From: an uncultured cyanobacterium
GTDB taxonomy: Bacteria; Cyanobacteriota; Cyanobacteriia; CAKZMO01
Length of the DNA stretch: 64,000 nucleotides
NCBI GenBank assembly: GCA_963719515.1
Contig: CAVRCJ010000003.1
Span: 65,705 to 129,704, forward strand
Direction of reading: 5' to 3'
Below the pieces are notes generated by a model. The model saw only the letters and a program-made list of their open reading frames with translations. It did not search any database and was not told where the DNA came from. A program made the position numbers and the translations under genes. Shown here in pieces: positions 9,362 through 19,208 of the stretch (within the stretch, counting starts at the first letter, position 1; the number at the start of each line of letters is the position of its first letter).

Positions 9362-10594
9362 CTAATCCGCCGGCCCCACCGCCGCCATCGCCGCCTCTAG
9401 GGCGATCGCGGCATGGGTCCAGTGAGTTCCTCCCTGGCAAAACACGATGTAGGGGGGACGCAGCGGGCCGTCGGCAGACAGCTCAGCGGTGCTGCCGTCG
9501 ATGAAGGTACCCCCCGCCATGACCAGCTGGCTTTCATAGCCCGGCATGTGAGCCGGCACCGGTTCTAGGTAGGCTCCCACCGGAGACCACTGCTGCACCG
9601 CGCGGCAAAAGGCAATTACCTTCTCAGGGGAACCCAGCTGGATGGCCTGAATCACATCGCGCCGAGGCGCTAGGGGGGCAGGGTTGACGGGGTAGCCCAA
9701 ATCTTTGAACACATGGGCCGTCAGATGGTTGCCTTTGACCGCCTCCCCCACCATCTGCGGCGCAAGAAAGAGTCCCTGAAACAGCAGTCTATTTTGATCG
9801 AAGGTCGCGCCGCCGCTGCTGCCGATGCCGGGGGCCGTCAGCCGGCAGGCCGCCGCCTCAACCAAATCCGCTCGCCCCGCCACGTAGCCTCCTGCCGGAG
9901 CAACGGTGCCGCCAGGATTTTTGATCAGCGACCCGGCAATCAGGTCGGCCCCTACTGCAGGCGGCTCTTGCCCTTCCACGAATTCGCCGTAGCAGTTGTC
10001 GACAAAGCAGACCGTGTCGGGATTTTGGGCTTTAACCACCGCGACGATACGGGCGATATCGGCGATCGCTAGGCTAGGCCGCCAAGCGTATCCGCAGGAG
10101 CGCTGAATCAAGACCAGACGGGTGCTGTCGCTGACCGCCTCGCCCAAAGCCTGCCAATCGACCTCTCCGGTGGGCGTCAGGTCAAGCTGGCGGTAGCGAA
10201 TCCCGAACTCTTTGAGCGAGCCCTGCCCCTTACCCCGTAAGCCAATCACTTCCTCTAGGGTGTCGTAGGGACTGCCCGCTACCGCCAGCATCTCGTCTCC
10301 AGGACGCAGGACTCCAAACAAGGCGCAGGCAATCGCGTGGGTTCCCGAGACAAACTGCAGCCGCACTGCGGCGGCCTCCGCACCCATACTGTCGGCAAAG
10401 ACGCAATCCAGGGTATCTCTGCCCAGATCATCATGGCCATAGCCGCTGACCCCGCTAAAATGATGAGGCCCAACGCGATGATGCCGCATCGCTGTGAGTA
10501 CGCGGGCAAGGTTCTCCTTGACCTGAGCGTCAATTCCAGCAAAAATCTGGAACAGCGCCTGTTGCGCTTCCTGCAGCCTATGGGAGCTGTCCAT
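9362..10594 (-). CDS. PLP-dependent methionine gamma-lyase-family protein (YnbB / aluminium-resistance family)
   Basis: 410-aa ORF. The N-terminus is typical of the family (HHFSGVSGYGHDDLGRD), with SLIKNPGG around the PLP lysine region. Confidence 0.7.
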   Translation of the reverse strand: MDSSHRLQEAQQALFQIFAGIDAQVKENLARVLTAMRHHRVGPHHFSGVSGYGHDDLGRDTLDCVFADSMGAEAAAVRLQFVSGTHAIACALFGVLRPGDEMLAVAGSPYDTLEEVIGLRGKGQGSLKEFGIRYRQLDLTPTGEVDWQALGEAVSDSTRLVLIQRSCGYAWRPSLAIADIARIVAVVKAQNPDTVCFVDNCYGEFVEGQEPPAVGADLIAGSLIKNPGGTVAPAGGYVAGRADLVEAAACRLTAPGIGSSGGATFDQNRLLFQGLFLAPQMVGEAVKGNHLTAHVFKDLGYPVNPAPLAPRRDVIQAIQLGSPEKVIAFCRAVQQWSPVGAYLEPVPAHMPGYESQLVMAGGTFIDGSTAELSADGPLRPPYIVFCQGGTHWTHAAIALEAAMAAVGPAD

Positions 10595-10794
10595 TGCTGT
10601 CCACTTTAAGATTGCCCATCTCTGTCAGACTGGGTGCTTATTATTGCGCACAATCGAACCGTTTGCCTAGTTCGGTATGACTTATCACTCGCCCGTTAAA
10701 GCAAACACCAGTCTAAGATGATAAGTGGCCCAGAGCCAATAATACTTGCTCTTAGATTGAATAACGCCTTATCGCTGTATCTCAAGACAACTAC

Positions 10795-11637
10795 ATGACG
10801 CTCGCAACTTCAAACAAACTTCCTTATTCTTGGACAACCATAATCTTTATGGCCATCGTCCACAGTGTCGCACTGCTGGCGCTGCTGCCGCAAAATATTA
10901 ACTGGCAGGCGATCGCCGTAGCGGCATTTCTCTACTGGCTCACCGGCTGTGTGGGCGTCACTCTTGGATATCATCGCCTTGTAGCCCACAAGAGTTTTAA
11001 AGTTCCCAAGTGGCTTGAGTACTTTTTAGTGTTCTGCGGTACCCTCTCCTGTCAATCGTCGGCTATCGAATGGATTGGGCTACACCGTCACCACCACGCC
11101 TACTCCGATCACGACAACGACCACCACACCTCGACTCGCGGCTTTTGGTGGAGCCACATGGAGTGGATGTTCTATGACGTACCCGCTAAGGAAGAAGTTC
11201 CTCGCTTCACGAAGGACATCGCAGACGACCCCGTCTATCAGTTCTTGAGCAACTATTTCATTCCTATCCAGATTGCTCTAGGCGTTGTGCTGCTGGCGAT
11301 CGGCGGCTGGCCGTTTGTCCTATGGGGCATCTTCATGCGCTTGGTGCTGGTGTATCACACAACTTGGTTTGTTAACAGCGCCACCCACAAGTTTGGCTAC
11401 CGCACCTACGACTCTGGCGATCGCTCCACCAACTGCTGGTGGGTCGCTGTGCTGGCGTTTGGAGAAGGCTGGCACAATAACCACCACGCCTTTCAGTATT
11501 CAGCTCGCCACGGCTTGAAGCCCTGGGAATTTGACCTCACCTGGCAGATTATCCGAGGACTGCAGTGGCTAGGTTTGGCCACCGATATCAAGCTCCCCGA
11601 TGAGCAAAAGCTAGCCCTAGCAGAGATAGGCCGCTAG
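10795..11637 (+). CDS. desC: Acyl-lipid/acyl-CoA delta-9 fatty acid desaturase
   Basis: All three His boxes are present: GYHRLVAHKSF, HRHHHAYSD and GEGWHNNHHAF. The N-terminus has TM segments. Confidence 0.9.
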   Translation: MTLATSNKLPYSWTTIIFMAIVHSVALLALLPQNINWQAIAVAAFLYWLTGCVGVTLGYHRLVAHKSFKVPKWLEYFLVFCGTLSCQSSAIEWIGLHRHHHAYSDHDNDHHTSTRGFWWSHMEWMFYDVPAKEEVPRFTKDIADDPVYQFLSNYFIPIQIALGVVLLAIGGWPFVLWGIFMRLVLVYHTTWFVNSATHKFGYRTYDSGDRSTNCWWVAVLAFGEGWHNNHHAFQYSARHGLKPWEFDLTWQIIRGLQWLGLATDIKLPDEQKLALAEIGR

Positions 11638-11811
11638 CCCTTGTGCTCCGCCGCTAGTCGGGTCTAGAACCGTAGGGACATGGCAGTGCCATGTCCTTTC
11701 CAGTATCCAATCATTTTCCACAAGGGTCGCCTTTGGTGGAAAATGGACAGACAGCGCGACAAAGACTGTACCTTCGCGATCGCCAATCCCACAATACTCC
11801 CCACCCCCACC

Positions 11812-12216
11812 ATGGTTCTTTCCTTCTCAGGGACGCGTCCCACCAATTTAGGCGTGACTGACGGCAAGCTTGCCGCCTGCCCTAGCAGCCCCAACTGCGT
11901 CAACAGCCAGACGCCTCAAAGCGACGGCGAACACTATATCGAGCCAATTGCCTGCGGAGACGTTGATACCGCCATGGCGCGGCTTAGGTCCATTGTGGAC
12001 AGCATGGCCCGCACCACCGTCGTCACCGAGTCGGAAAACTACCTCTACGCCGAATTTAAGAGCGCCCTCATGGGGTACGTAGACGACGTCGAATTCTATT
12101 TGGACAAAGCTGCAGGGGCGCTCCAGGTACGGTCTGCCTCTCGCGTAGGTAAGTCCGACTTAGGCGTCAACCGCAAGCGGATTGAGGCCATTCGCGCCCA
12201 GCTCAATCCAGCTTAG
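11812..12216 (+). CDS. DUF1499 protein
   Basis: Contains FSGTRPTNLGVTDGKLAACPSSPNCVNSQ and YVDDVEFY, which are typical of DUF1499. The start is placed at the ATG at 11812 (MVLSFSG). The ORF track starts at 11680. Confidence 0.7.
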   Translation: MVLSFSGTRPTNLGVTDGKLAACPSSPNCVNSQTPQSDGEHYIEPIACGDVDTAMARLRSIVDSMARTTVVTESENYLYAEFKSALMGYVDDVEFYLDKAAGALQVRSASRVGKSDLGVNRKRIEAIRAQLNPA

Positions 12217-12219
12217 GTT

Positions 12220-13779
12220 GTGACGGTGCCGAAGGCGGTAGCGGCAGGCTGGTGGCGTCGAGTAGGGACGCTGCTGCTCTTTTGCGGAGTGGCGCTGGCG
12301 TTTGGGATCAGCTATACCCAGGACGCTATTTACCATTCCCCAGAAAATCAAAACACCAAGTATCTCCACGGCCTAGCTCAAGCGGGCCACGGCTTTTTGA
12401 GCCAAGACTGGACAGCCAATACCCTCAATCCGCTGCCTGCATTTACCGCCCTGGTGCGCTTCACCTATCAGTTCATACAGCCTGAGTACGGGTTCTACTT
12501 CTACTATTTCATTGTTTTTGGGCTATACGTCTTCAGTCTGGTAGGCATTACCGCATCGGTATACCCGGCGATCGCCAAGTGGTCTCGGGTGGTCCCGTTC
12601 TTTGCCCTGCTGCTGCTAGTCCACTGCTTGGATATCGACATTGGCGATATTGAAATTGGCTGGCATCTACAGGCTGGAGTAGCGCAGCAGTACATCTTGG
12701 GGCCGGTGTTTCAGCCCGCCAACTTTGGCGTCTTTCTGCTGGTGTCGATTTGGCTGTTTTTGCAGCGGCGCAGCCTGGGGTTTGCGGTGGGGGCAGCGGT
12801 CTGTCTGGCGATCGCCGTCACGTTTCACCCGGCCTACCTGCCCAGCGTTGGGGCGCTGACGCTGTCCTACATGGTTGTTTTGGCGCTGCAGCGCCAGTGG
12901 GCCAAGACCGGCGTCGTCGCCCTAGCGAGCGGGCTGCTGACGCTGCCCGTGCTGCTGTACATGCTGATCACCTTTTCTGACACCTCCCCAGAACTTGCCC
13001 AGCAGGCCACAGCCTACATCGTCAACGAGCGCATCCCCCACCATTCTCTTCCCGCCGAGTGGGTGGACAGCAGCGTCTATTTTCAGATGGCGGTGGTGGC
13101 CTTAGGAGTTTACCTGGGCCGCCGTAGTCCGCTTGCGATCGTTTTAGGGGTGCCCTTTGCGATCGCTATCTTGGGGACGATTATCCAGGTGATCACCGGC
13201 AGCGACTTTATTGCCTTCGCTGCCCCTTGGCGAATATCGGTGTTTTTGCTGCCGGTGGCCACCAGCTTGACGCTGGGAGCATTGGTCACCCGTCTGCCGC
13301 TAGAGCGTATCCAATGGCGGCGGTTTTCCCGATGGCTGAGCGTCACCGTGACTGTAATTTTAGTCATTGTGGGGGGCGTTGAGCAGTGGGGGGAGTGGCA
13401 TCCTCAAGACGGCACCGAGGCAATGATGGAATACGTGAAGCAGACGGTGCAGCCCGGTGAGGTGTACCTAGTCCCTGCTGATAACAAAAAGCTGCGCCGC
13501 TTTCGCCTCTACACCGGAGCCCCGATCTACATCAATCGCAAAAGCCACCCCTACAAAGACGTAGAGGTAATTGAGTGGAGCGATCGCCTCACCTTCGCTA
13601 AGCGGTTTTACAACACAAAGAAGCCTGAATTTCAATGTCAGCTGCTGCGCCGGCGGTTTAGCAGCGCGGGGGTAACTCACGTCGTATTTCCAAAGGGAAC
13701 AAAGCAGCGCTGCCCAGAGCTGCAGCAGCGCTATCGAGACGAAAACTACAGCGTCTACGAGTGGAGCGCCCTCAACTAA
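12220..13779 (+). CDS. Polytopic integral membrane protein (possibly ArnT/GT-C-like)
   Basis: 519-aa ORF with about 10 hydrophobic segments and a soluble C-terminal domain. The GTG start is 4 nt after the DUF1499 stop. The family is not securely recognised. Confidence 0.5.
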   Translation: MTVPKAVAAGWWRRVGTLLLFCGVALAFGISYTQDAIYHSPENQNTKYLHGLAQAGHGFLSQDWTANTLNPLPAFTALVRFTYQFIQPEYGFYFYYFIVFGLYVFSLVGITASVYPAIAKWSRVVPFFALLLLVHCLDIDIGDIEIGWHLQAGVAQQYILGPVFQPANFGVFLLVSIWLFLQRRSLGFAVGAAVCLAIAVTFHPAYLPSVGALTLSYMVVLALQRQWAKTGVVALASGLLTLPVLLYMLITFSDTSPELAQQATAYIVNERIPHHSLPAEWVDSSVYFQMAVVALGVYLGRRSPLAIVLGVPFAIAILGTIIQVITGSDFIAFAAPWRISVFLLPVATSLTLGALVTRLPLERIQWRRFSRWLSVTVTVILVIVGGVEQWGEWHPQDGTEAMMEYVKQTVQPGEVYLVPADNKKLRRFRLYTGAPIYINRKSHPYKDVEVIEWSDRLTFAKRFYNTKKPEFQCQLLRRRFSSAGVTHVVFPKGTKQRCPELQQRYRDENYSVYEWSALN

Positions 13780-13783
13780 TTGA

Positions 13784-14542
13784 CTATTGATTGAGGGCGG
13801 TAAGCGCTTCTACAAAAGCGCCGTTGAGCGCCTCATACCCCTGCGCGTTGAGATGGAGCTCATCTTTACGATGCTGCCGCTGCATCAACCCCCGCTCATC
13901 GGCGAGCACCGCATACCCATCGAAGACGATCACGCCGTCATCCGCTAGCGCCCTGATGTAGTCATTGACCGTCTCAACGGCTTTGCCCACTTCATCTGAC
14001 CAAACAAGCCTGCGCTCTAAGGGCACCTCGCCTGCAGGAAGAATGGTGCTCACGACAACAACTGCCCCCGACGATCTAGAAACATTGACCATCTGCTGAA
14101 TGTTGTCGCGGCAGTTGGCCACGATTGTCTCTTGCTGTGCTGGCAGGAGCGGGATGGCCTTGAGATCGTTGATGCCCACCTGAATGACAACGACATCGGG
14201 CTGTAGAGGCTGGATGTGAGAGTCAAACCTTTTCAGCGCTTGGATTGAGGTTTGAGAACCCACCCCGCGGTTGACGAAGTCGTACCCCGCGATATCGGGT
14301 GCAGGCCACCCCGCAGCTCTAGAGTCTCCCCAAAAGACAACCCGCTTCTGGCGGGCGTCGAAGGCAGTGGAATTTGACGGGGTGTCGTAATAACTCAAGC
14401 CCAAGGGGTCCAACCGCACCTGGCTTAGCTCGGTGTAGTACTTTTTGAGCTGCCCGTAGAGCAGGAAGTTGAGCGCCGCTGAGCCTCCAAGCAGCAACAA
14501 GCTTAACCCCGCTATCAGCAGAATAGCTTTGTTGAACTTCAT
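13784..14542 (-). CDS. SGNH/GDSL-family hydrolase
   Basis: N-terminal TM segment, block I VVFWGDSRAAGW (GDS), block III GINDL, and block V DELHLN. Confidence 0.75.
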   Translation of the reverse strand: MKFNKAILLIAGLSLLLLGGSAALNFLLYGQLKKYYTELSQVRLDPLGLSYYDTPSNSTAFDARQKRVVFWGDSRAAGWPAPDIAGYDFVNRGVGSQTSIQALKRFDSHIQPLQPDVVVIQVGINDLKAIPLLPAQQETIVANCRDNIQQMVNVSRSSGAVVVVSTILPAGEVPLERRLVWSDEVGKAVETVNDYIRALADDGVIVFDGYAVLADERGLMQRQHRKDELHLNAQGYEALNGAFVEALTALNQ

Positions 14543-14696
14543 CGCTAGCGTTACTTAGAGAGGGACGGCTTTGGCCCTATTTTAAACAGCTGCAGATCGA
14601 AAAGCGCACGCAGAAATTTAAATCCTTACGCGCGCTTGAAGTCGTTTTGACGTCTCCAGCCAGATTTACGGTGGAGGCATACAGAGTAGCCGAGGA

Positions 14697-15145
14697 GTGA
14701 CATACTCCCGACGCTCATCTTTTAGATAGAGCGCGGGCTTCTTGGCTCACGCACCACAATTTAATGGATGCCGCGCAAGAAGGTGTCCTGCTTCATCTGG
14801 TCCTGTCTAGTTACGCAGCAAGCCGTGCAACCCCGATTAGATCCCATCGACAGGCGATTTGTTTAATGTCCAGGCAATGACCAACCCCAGACAGTGACGA
14901 GTATTCAATTTCCAGCTACGTTTTCTACCGTCTGCACTGTTCACCAGCCAAGGGCTGTACGTTTGTGTCAGGATAGCAGGCCGCCGCCATGAAATAGTTT
15001 GAGCTTGGTTCAATTGTACCCTTTGCTCGCCTCGGCGCTGCCCTTAATTGCCGCCTTCGGCATCCAGTCAAGGGCGCACCTCGACTCGCTCGCTTACATC
15101 CCGACGCTGATGCTGCGCATACAGCGCGGGGCTTTCACGAACTAG
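14697..15145 (-). mobile_element. Miniature non-autonomous derivative (PATE/MITE-like) of the IS200/IS605-family element at 20538-21982
   Basis: 15097-15130 is an exact 34-nt copy (minus strand) of the left-end hairpin of the IS at 20553-20586. 14725-14741 is an exact 17-nt copy of the right-end sequence gaagcccgcgctctatc (21914-21930). 14697-14716 repeats the terminal agcgtcgggagtat(g)tcac. No ORF lies between them. The boundaries are approximate. Confidence 0.45.
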
Positions 15146-15679
15146 CTAATACGCGTCCTGAAGCTCGTAAAAGTCCGGCGAGATGTAGTCTTTGCGCAGC
15201 GGCCAGCCCTTCCAGTCTTCCGGCATCAAGATGCGCTTTAGACCCGGATGACCCTCATACACAATGCCGTACATGTCGTAGCTCTCTCGCTCCTGCCAGT
15301 CCGCAGCCCGCCAAATCCAATAGACCGAGGGCACACGAGGATCGTCCCGCGGGATGAATACCTTGATGCGGACCTCTTCGGCAGTGTCAACATCGTCAGC
15401 CACCTTGATTAGGTGGTAAGTACTCACCAGCTCTTTGCCAGGACCTAAATCATAAGCCGCTTGGCACTGGAGATAGTTAAACCCGTAGGCAAGTAGCGCC
15501 GTCGAAAACGGAATCAGCAGCTCGCGATCGATTTTAAGAATCTCAGTCTCCTGATGGTCGGGAGAGAGAATGTCGTGCTCGAAGCCCTGCTCCGTCAGCC
15601 ACTTGGAGACCTTACCGGCCTCAATAATTTCTCCCCCCTGCTCCTGCTCAGCAGCCTTATCTGACGTCTCATCAGCCAC
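15146..15679 (-). CDS. ndhJ: NAD(P)H-quinone oxidoreductase (NDH-1) subunit J
   Basis: 177-aa ORF with a typical NdhJ sequence, ending DFYELQDAY. The GTG start overlaps the ndhK stop. Confidence 0.95.
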   Translation of the reverse strand: MADETSDKAAEQEQGGEIIEAGKVSKWLTEQGFEHDILSPDHQETEILKIDRELLIPFSTALLAYGFNYLQCQAAYDLGPGKELVSTYHLIKVADDVDTAEEVRIKVFIPRDDPRVPSVYWIWRAADWQERESYDMYGIVYEGHPGLKRILMPEDWKGWPLRKDYISPDFYELQDAY

Positions 15680-16394
15680 GATCGCTCACCTCCTTTTCTC
15701 TCTCTTCCGATGCTACGGGCATCCCGAACGCTTCTGCAAGCTCTTTCGGAGGGGCCTGACGTTCTTGAACTGAGAGATACTTACCATCGTGGATGGTGGG
15801 AACTGACTTCATTTCATGGGAGCGGGTATAGTAGCGGTGAGTTTGAGCTCTGATACCCCGCTCTTGAGCGGCTTCAGCCGAGATCTTCTTCCGCAGCTTG
15901 ATAATGGCGTCCACGATCGCCTCTGGGCGAGGCGGACAGCCAGGGATGTAGACGTCCACGGGGATAAGCTTGTCTACACCGCGCACCGCTGAGGGAGAGT
16001 CCGTGCTGAACATGCCTCCGGTGATGGTGCAGGCCCCCATGGCAATGACGTACTTGGGGTCGGGCATCTGCTCGTAGAGACGCACCAGAGCGGGGGCCAT
16101 CTTCATGGTCACCGTACCGGCGGTGATCAGCAGATCCGCCTGCCGAGGACTGGCCCGAGGAATGAGCCCAAATCTATCAAAGTCGAAGCGGGAGCCAATT
16201 AGGGCGGCAAACTCAATGAAGCAGCAGGCTGTGCCATACAGCAGCGGCCACAGGCTTGAAAGGCGGGCCCAGTTGTGCAGATCGTCGACCGTCGTTAAGA
16301 TGACGTTCTCCGATAGATCCTGAGTAATCTCAGGTGTCCCAACTGGATTTGTGATCTGCTTTAAGGTGTCTTTGGCGCTTGCGCTCGGATTCAT
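15672..16394 (-). CDS. ndhK: NDH-1 subunit K
   Basis: Contains [26 protein letters not shown] and [10 protein letters not shown]. The start is placed at the ATG at 16394, which forms an ATGA overlap with the ndhC stop. The alternative starts 16400 and 16421 remain possible. Confidence 0.93.
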   Translation of the reverse strand: MNPSASAKDTLKQITNPVGTPEITQDLSENVILTTVDDLHNWARLSSLWPLLYGTACCFIEFAALIGSRFDFDRFGLIPRASPRQADLLITAGTVTMKMAPALVRLYEQMPDPKYVIAMGACTITGGMFSTDSPSAVRGVDKLIPVDVYIPGCPPRPEAIVDAIIKLRKKISAEAAQERGIRAQTHRYYTRSHEMKSVPTIHDGKYLSVQERQAPPKELAEAFGMPVASEEREKEVSDRG

Positions 16395-16753
16395 GACCAT
16401 TCCAGTGCTCCTTTTCTCCATGCATAGACTAGGCCAACAACGAGAATCGCAACGAAGATGAGAACTTCGATAAAGGCGAGCAGGCCAAGCTGATTAAATG
16501 CGACCGCCCAGGGATAGAGGAACACAACCTCAACGTCGAAGATGACGAACACGAGCGCAAACATGTAGTAGCGGATGTTGAACTGAATCCACGCACCACC
16601 AATAGGCTCCATTCCTGACTCGTATGTCGTTCGGCGCTCAACGCCTTCGCGCTTGGGTCGCACAATGTAGGATGTTCCCAGCGCCAGGATTGGCACCAGC
16701 CCACAAACCATCAAAAATCCGAGAAGATATTCGTATCCGCTAAGGACAAACAC
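16391..16753 (-). CDS. ndhC: NDH-1 subunit C
   Basis: 120-aa three-TM protein with [12 protein letters not shown] and [12 protein letters not shown]. Confidence 0.95.
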   Translation of the reverse strand: MFVLSGYEYLLGFLMVCGLVPILALGTSYIVRPKREGVERRTTYESGMEPIGGAWIQFNIRYYMFALVFVIFDVEVVFLYPWAVAFNQLGLLAFIEVLIFVAILVVGLVYAWRKGALEWS

Positions 16754-16951
16754 TGCGTCTACTGCCCTACCCGTTCCAAATGTTACGTCTCAATGTTACC
16801 TTTCTTTTTATTATAAAAGCCCTTCACCTCGGTGCCCCTATCAAATTAGGCGAATTTTGGACCTCGATTGGGCCAGGCCAACGGCCTCAGTCAAAGTCGA
16901 GGTCAGGGCGATCGCCTTCCCTGTCGACCATCGCGATGAGCAAAACTGAGT

Positions 16952-18476
16952 ATGGATGACGTCGCCGGACGACCCCCGGTTATAGCGCCGGCAACAAGCG
17001 CTGAGCCAAGACCCTCGGCGGTAGCGCGAGCAGGCCAGGCGGTAAGCGCCGAGCAGGAAACCATGGCGGTAAGTGCCGAGCAAGAGGCCTTAGCGGTAAG
17101 CGCTGGGCAAGAGACCTCGGCAGCAAGTGCCGAAAACGCAATAGATCAGCTTCTAAATCGCACCGCCAAAGCAGGCGTCCATCTCGGACTCGCCCAAATC
17201 AAGCAGCTGCTAGCCCACCTCGACTCTCCTCACCACGCCCTGCCCATTGTGCATGTGGCCGGCACGAACGGCAAAGGGTCCGTCTGCGCCTACCTCTCGT
17301 CAGTTCTTACCCAGGCCGGGTACCGCGTGGGCCGCTACACCTCCCCGCATTTGGTCAGCTGGATCGAGCGCATTCACATCGACGAAACCCCCATAGCGCC
17401 CGCTACCCTACTGGCCCTCCTGCACACCGTCACCGAAACCGTTGCCGCCCACAACCTCGCCCCGACCCAGTTTGAGCTGATTACCGCCGCGGCGTGGCTG
17501 CACTTTGCGCAGCAGCAGGTCGACTTGGCCATTATGGAGGTAGGTTTGGGGGGCCGCCTTGACGCCACCAACTGCTGCGATCGCCCCCTAGCCACCGCCA
17601 TCACCTCCATTGGCCGCGACCACTGGCAGCGCCTTGGCCCCACCCTGAAGGACATTGCCCGGGAGAAAGCCGGTATTTTGAAGCCCGGTGTCCCGGCTGT
17701 GGTGGGGCCCGTGTCGGAGGAAGCCGCCGCCGCCATTACCCAGCGATCGCAGGCTGTGGGCTGTCCGCTGCTGTGGGTCACCCCCTCTACGCCTGCACTC
17801 AGCCCTGACCCAGATCGTCCTGGAGTTTGGGCTCGGTTTACGCCCCCCTCAGAGACGCATCTGAATGCGCCTCCCCAAACCTTCATCCCGCTGACCTACC
17901 CTCTAGCGCTGCTAGGGGCGCACCAGTACAGCAACTCGGCGGTGGCGATCGCGCTGCTGCAGCTGCTGCAAAATCAGGGCTGGGCTATTCCAACGGAGGC
18001 CATCCAGAAGGGGATGGGGAAAGCGCAGCTGGCCCGCCCGACTGCAGTGGGCCAGCTGGCGGGGCATCCCGCTGCTAATTGACGGGGCGCATAACGCGGA
18101 TGCGGCTCGTGCCCTGCGCCACTATGTGGATGAGTATCGGCGTCAGGGCGAGGGCGCCCGCTCCACGACTTGGGTGATCGGCATGCTGACGACGAAAGAC
18201 CATCCTGAGGTGTTGGCGGCGCTGCTGCGACCAGGCGATCGCGCTTGCTTCGTGCCGGTGCCGGGTCACCAAACGGCGGCCCCTCAAGAACTGGCGGCTG
18301 AGGCGCACCGCGTTTATTCTGGGCTACGCTGTGCCACCGCTACTGACGGATTTGAGGCGTTGGACTGGGCGACTCAAGCTGTCGGTGACCCGCGACTATC
18401 CCCTATTGTGCTTTGTGGCTCTCTCTACTTGATTGGCGATATGTTGGCGCAGCGGCATCCTGAGCTGTTGGTCTAG
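16952..18476 (+). pseudogene. folC: Folylpolyglutamate synthase/dihydrofolate synthase FolC, frame-disrupted as assembled
   Basis: The N-terminal part (VHVAGTNGKGSV, LEVGLGGRLDATN-like) is in the frame of ORF 16952-18082. The conserved WPARLQW..PLLIDGAHN motif and the C-terminus (ORF 18126-18476) are in the +1 frame. The switch needs one nucleotide skipped near 18029. The real start may be the ATG at 17063. Confidence 0.8.
17020..17140 (+). repeat. 27-bp tandem repeat, about 4 units
   Basis: The units are ggtaagcgccgagcaggaaaccatggc, ggtaagtgccgagcaagaggccttagc and ggtaagcgctgggcaagagacctcggc, with partial flanking units. They lie in or upstream of the folC N-terminus (AVSAEQE repeats). Confidence 0.8.
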
Positions 18477-18686
18477 GCTAGAGGAGGCGCAAGATGTCAA
18501 GAATCGAGTCGAACTCAAGTATGGTTTAACCGATTGTGCTCTATCAGCTCGGTAAAACCGCTATCCTAAAGAAGCGGCTCCGGCTAGCGTCACGACGATT
18601 GTGCTCGCTTAGCGGCACTATTCAACGGAACTATAGAGCAGATAGCAGCGCTGCTGATTTAGAGTAAGCAACGGGAGATTTCAAGC

Positions 18687-19193
18687 ATGACTTGGCGCGG
18701 ACAAACGACCCCCTGGAATCGAGTATTTTCCTGCCTGGTGTATGTCTTGCCGCTTATGGAAGCCTACATGCAGTACGGGCGAGTCTTCTTTGCCCAGTTT
18801 CCTGTGCTCAACTTTTTGCTGCTGCCCCTACTCCCCTTCCTGGCCATCTACGGAACGCTACTCAGCGTATTTCCCTTCGGGTTGGGGGGTCTAGTAGTCT
18901 TTATCGCCCTGATCGCCCTTGTAGTGCGCAACGAGCGCATCCGCCACTTTGTCCGCTTCAACACGATGCAGGCTATTCTTATCGGCATTGCCCTAAGTAT
19001 CTTCAGTCTGCTTTGGAGCGCCCTTCTCAGCGTCACGCCCGCCCTAAGCGGCAGCATCATTGGCCTGACCATCGCCAATGTCCTGTTTTTGGGAACGGTA
19101 GCTCTTGTCGGCTATTCAATTTTCCAGTCAGCCCGTGGCCAATATGCAGAAATCCCGACGCTGTCAGAGGCTGTCTACGCCCAGGTTCGCTAG
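18687..19193 (+). CDS. Tic20-family membrane protein
   Basis: 168-aa four-TM protein. The N-terminus RVFSCLVYVLPLMEAYMQYG..FAQFP is typical of cyanobacterial Tic20 homologues. Confidence 0.6.
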   Translation: MTWRGQTTPWNRVFSCLVYVLPLMEAYMQYGRVFFAQFPVLNFLLLPLLPFLAIYGTLLSVFPFGLGGLVVFIALIALVVRNERIRHFVRFNTMQAILIGIALSIFSLLWSALLSVTPALSGSIIGLTIANVLFLGTVALVGYSIFQSARGQYAEIPTLSEAVYAQVR

Positions 19194-19208
19194 CTAGAGT
19201 AGGTTACG

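Noticed and set aside
9036-9440. A 134-aa minus-strand ORF bridging the DUF218 and ynbB-like genes
   Set aside because: It overlaps both well-supported CDSs out of frame and has Gly/Arg-rich composition.
15146-15151. TATTAG occurs at both the first bases of the IS (20538-20543) and the last codon plus stop of ndhJ, which suggested that the miniature element supplies the ndhJ stop
   Set aside because: As I recall, NdhJ in other cyanobacteria already ends ..ELQDAY*. The 5' flank here (gacgcg) does not resemble the TTAAC flank of the IS. A 6-nt coincidence cannot be excluded.
17374-17886. A 170-aa minus-strand ORF inside folC (similar antisense ORFs occur inside glgP, xfp, ftsH and tal)
   Set aside because: These are antisense shadows of strongly supported genes in GC-rich DNA.
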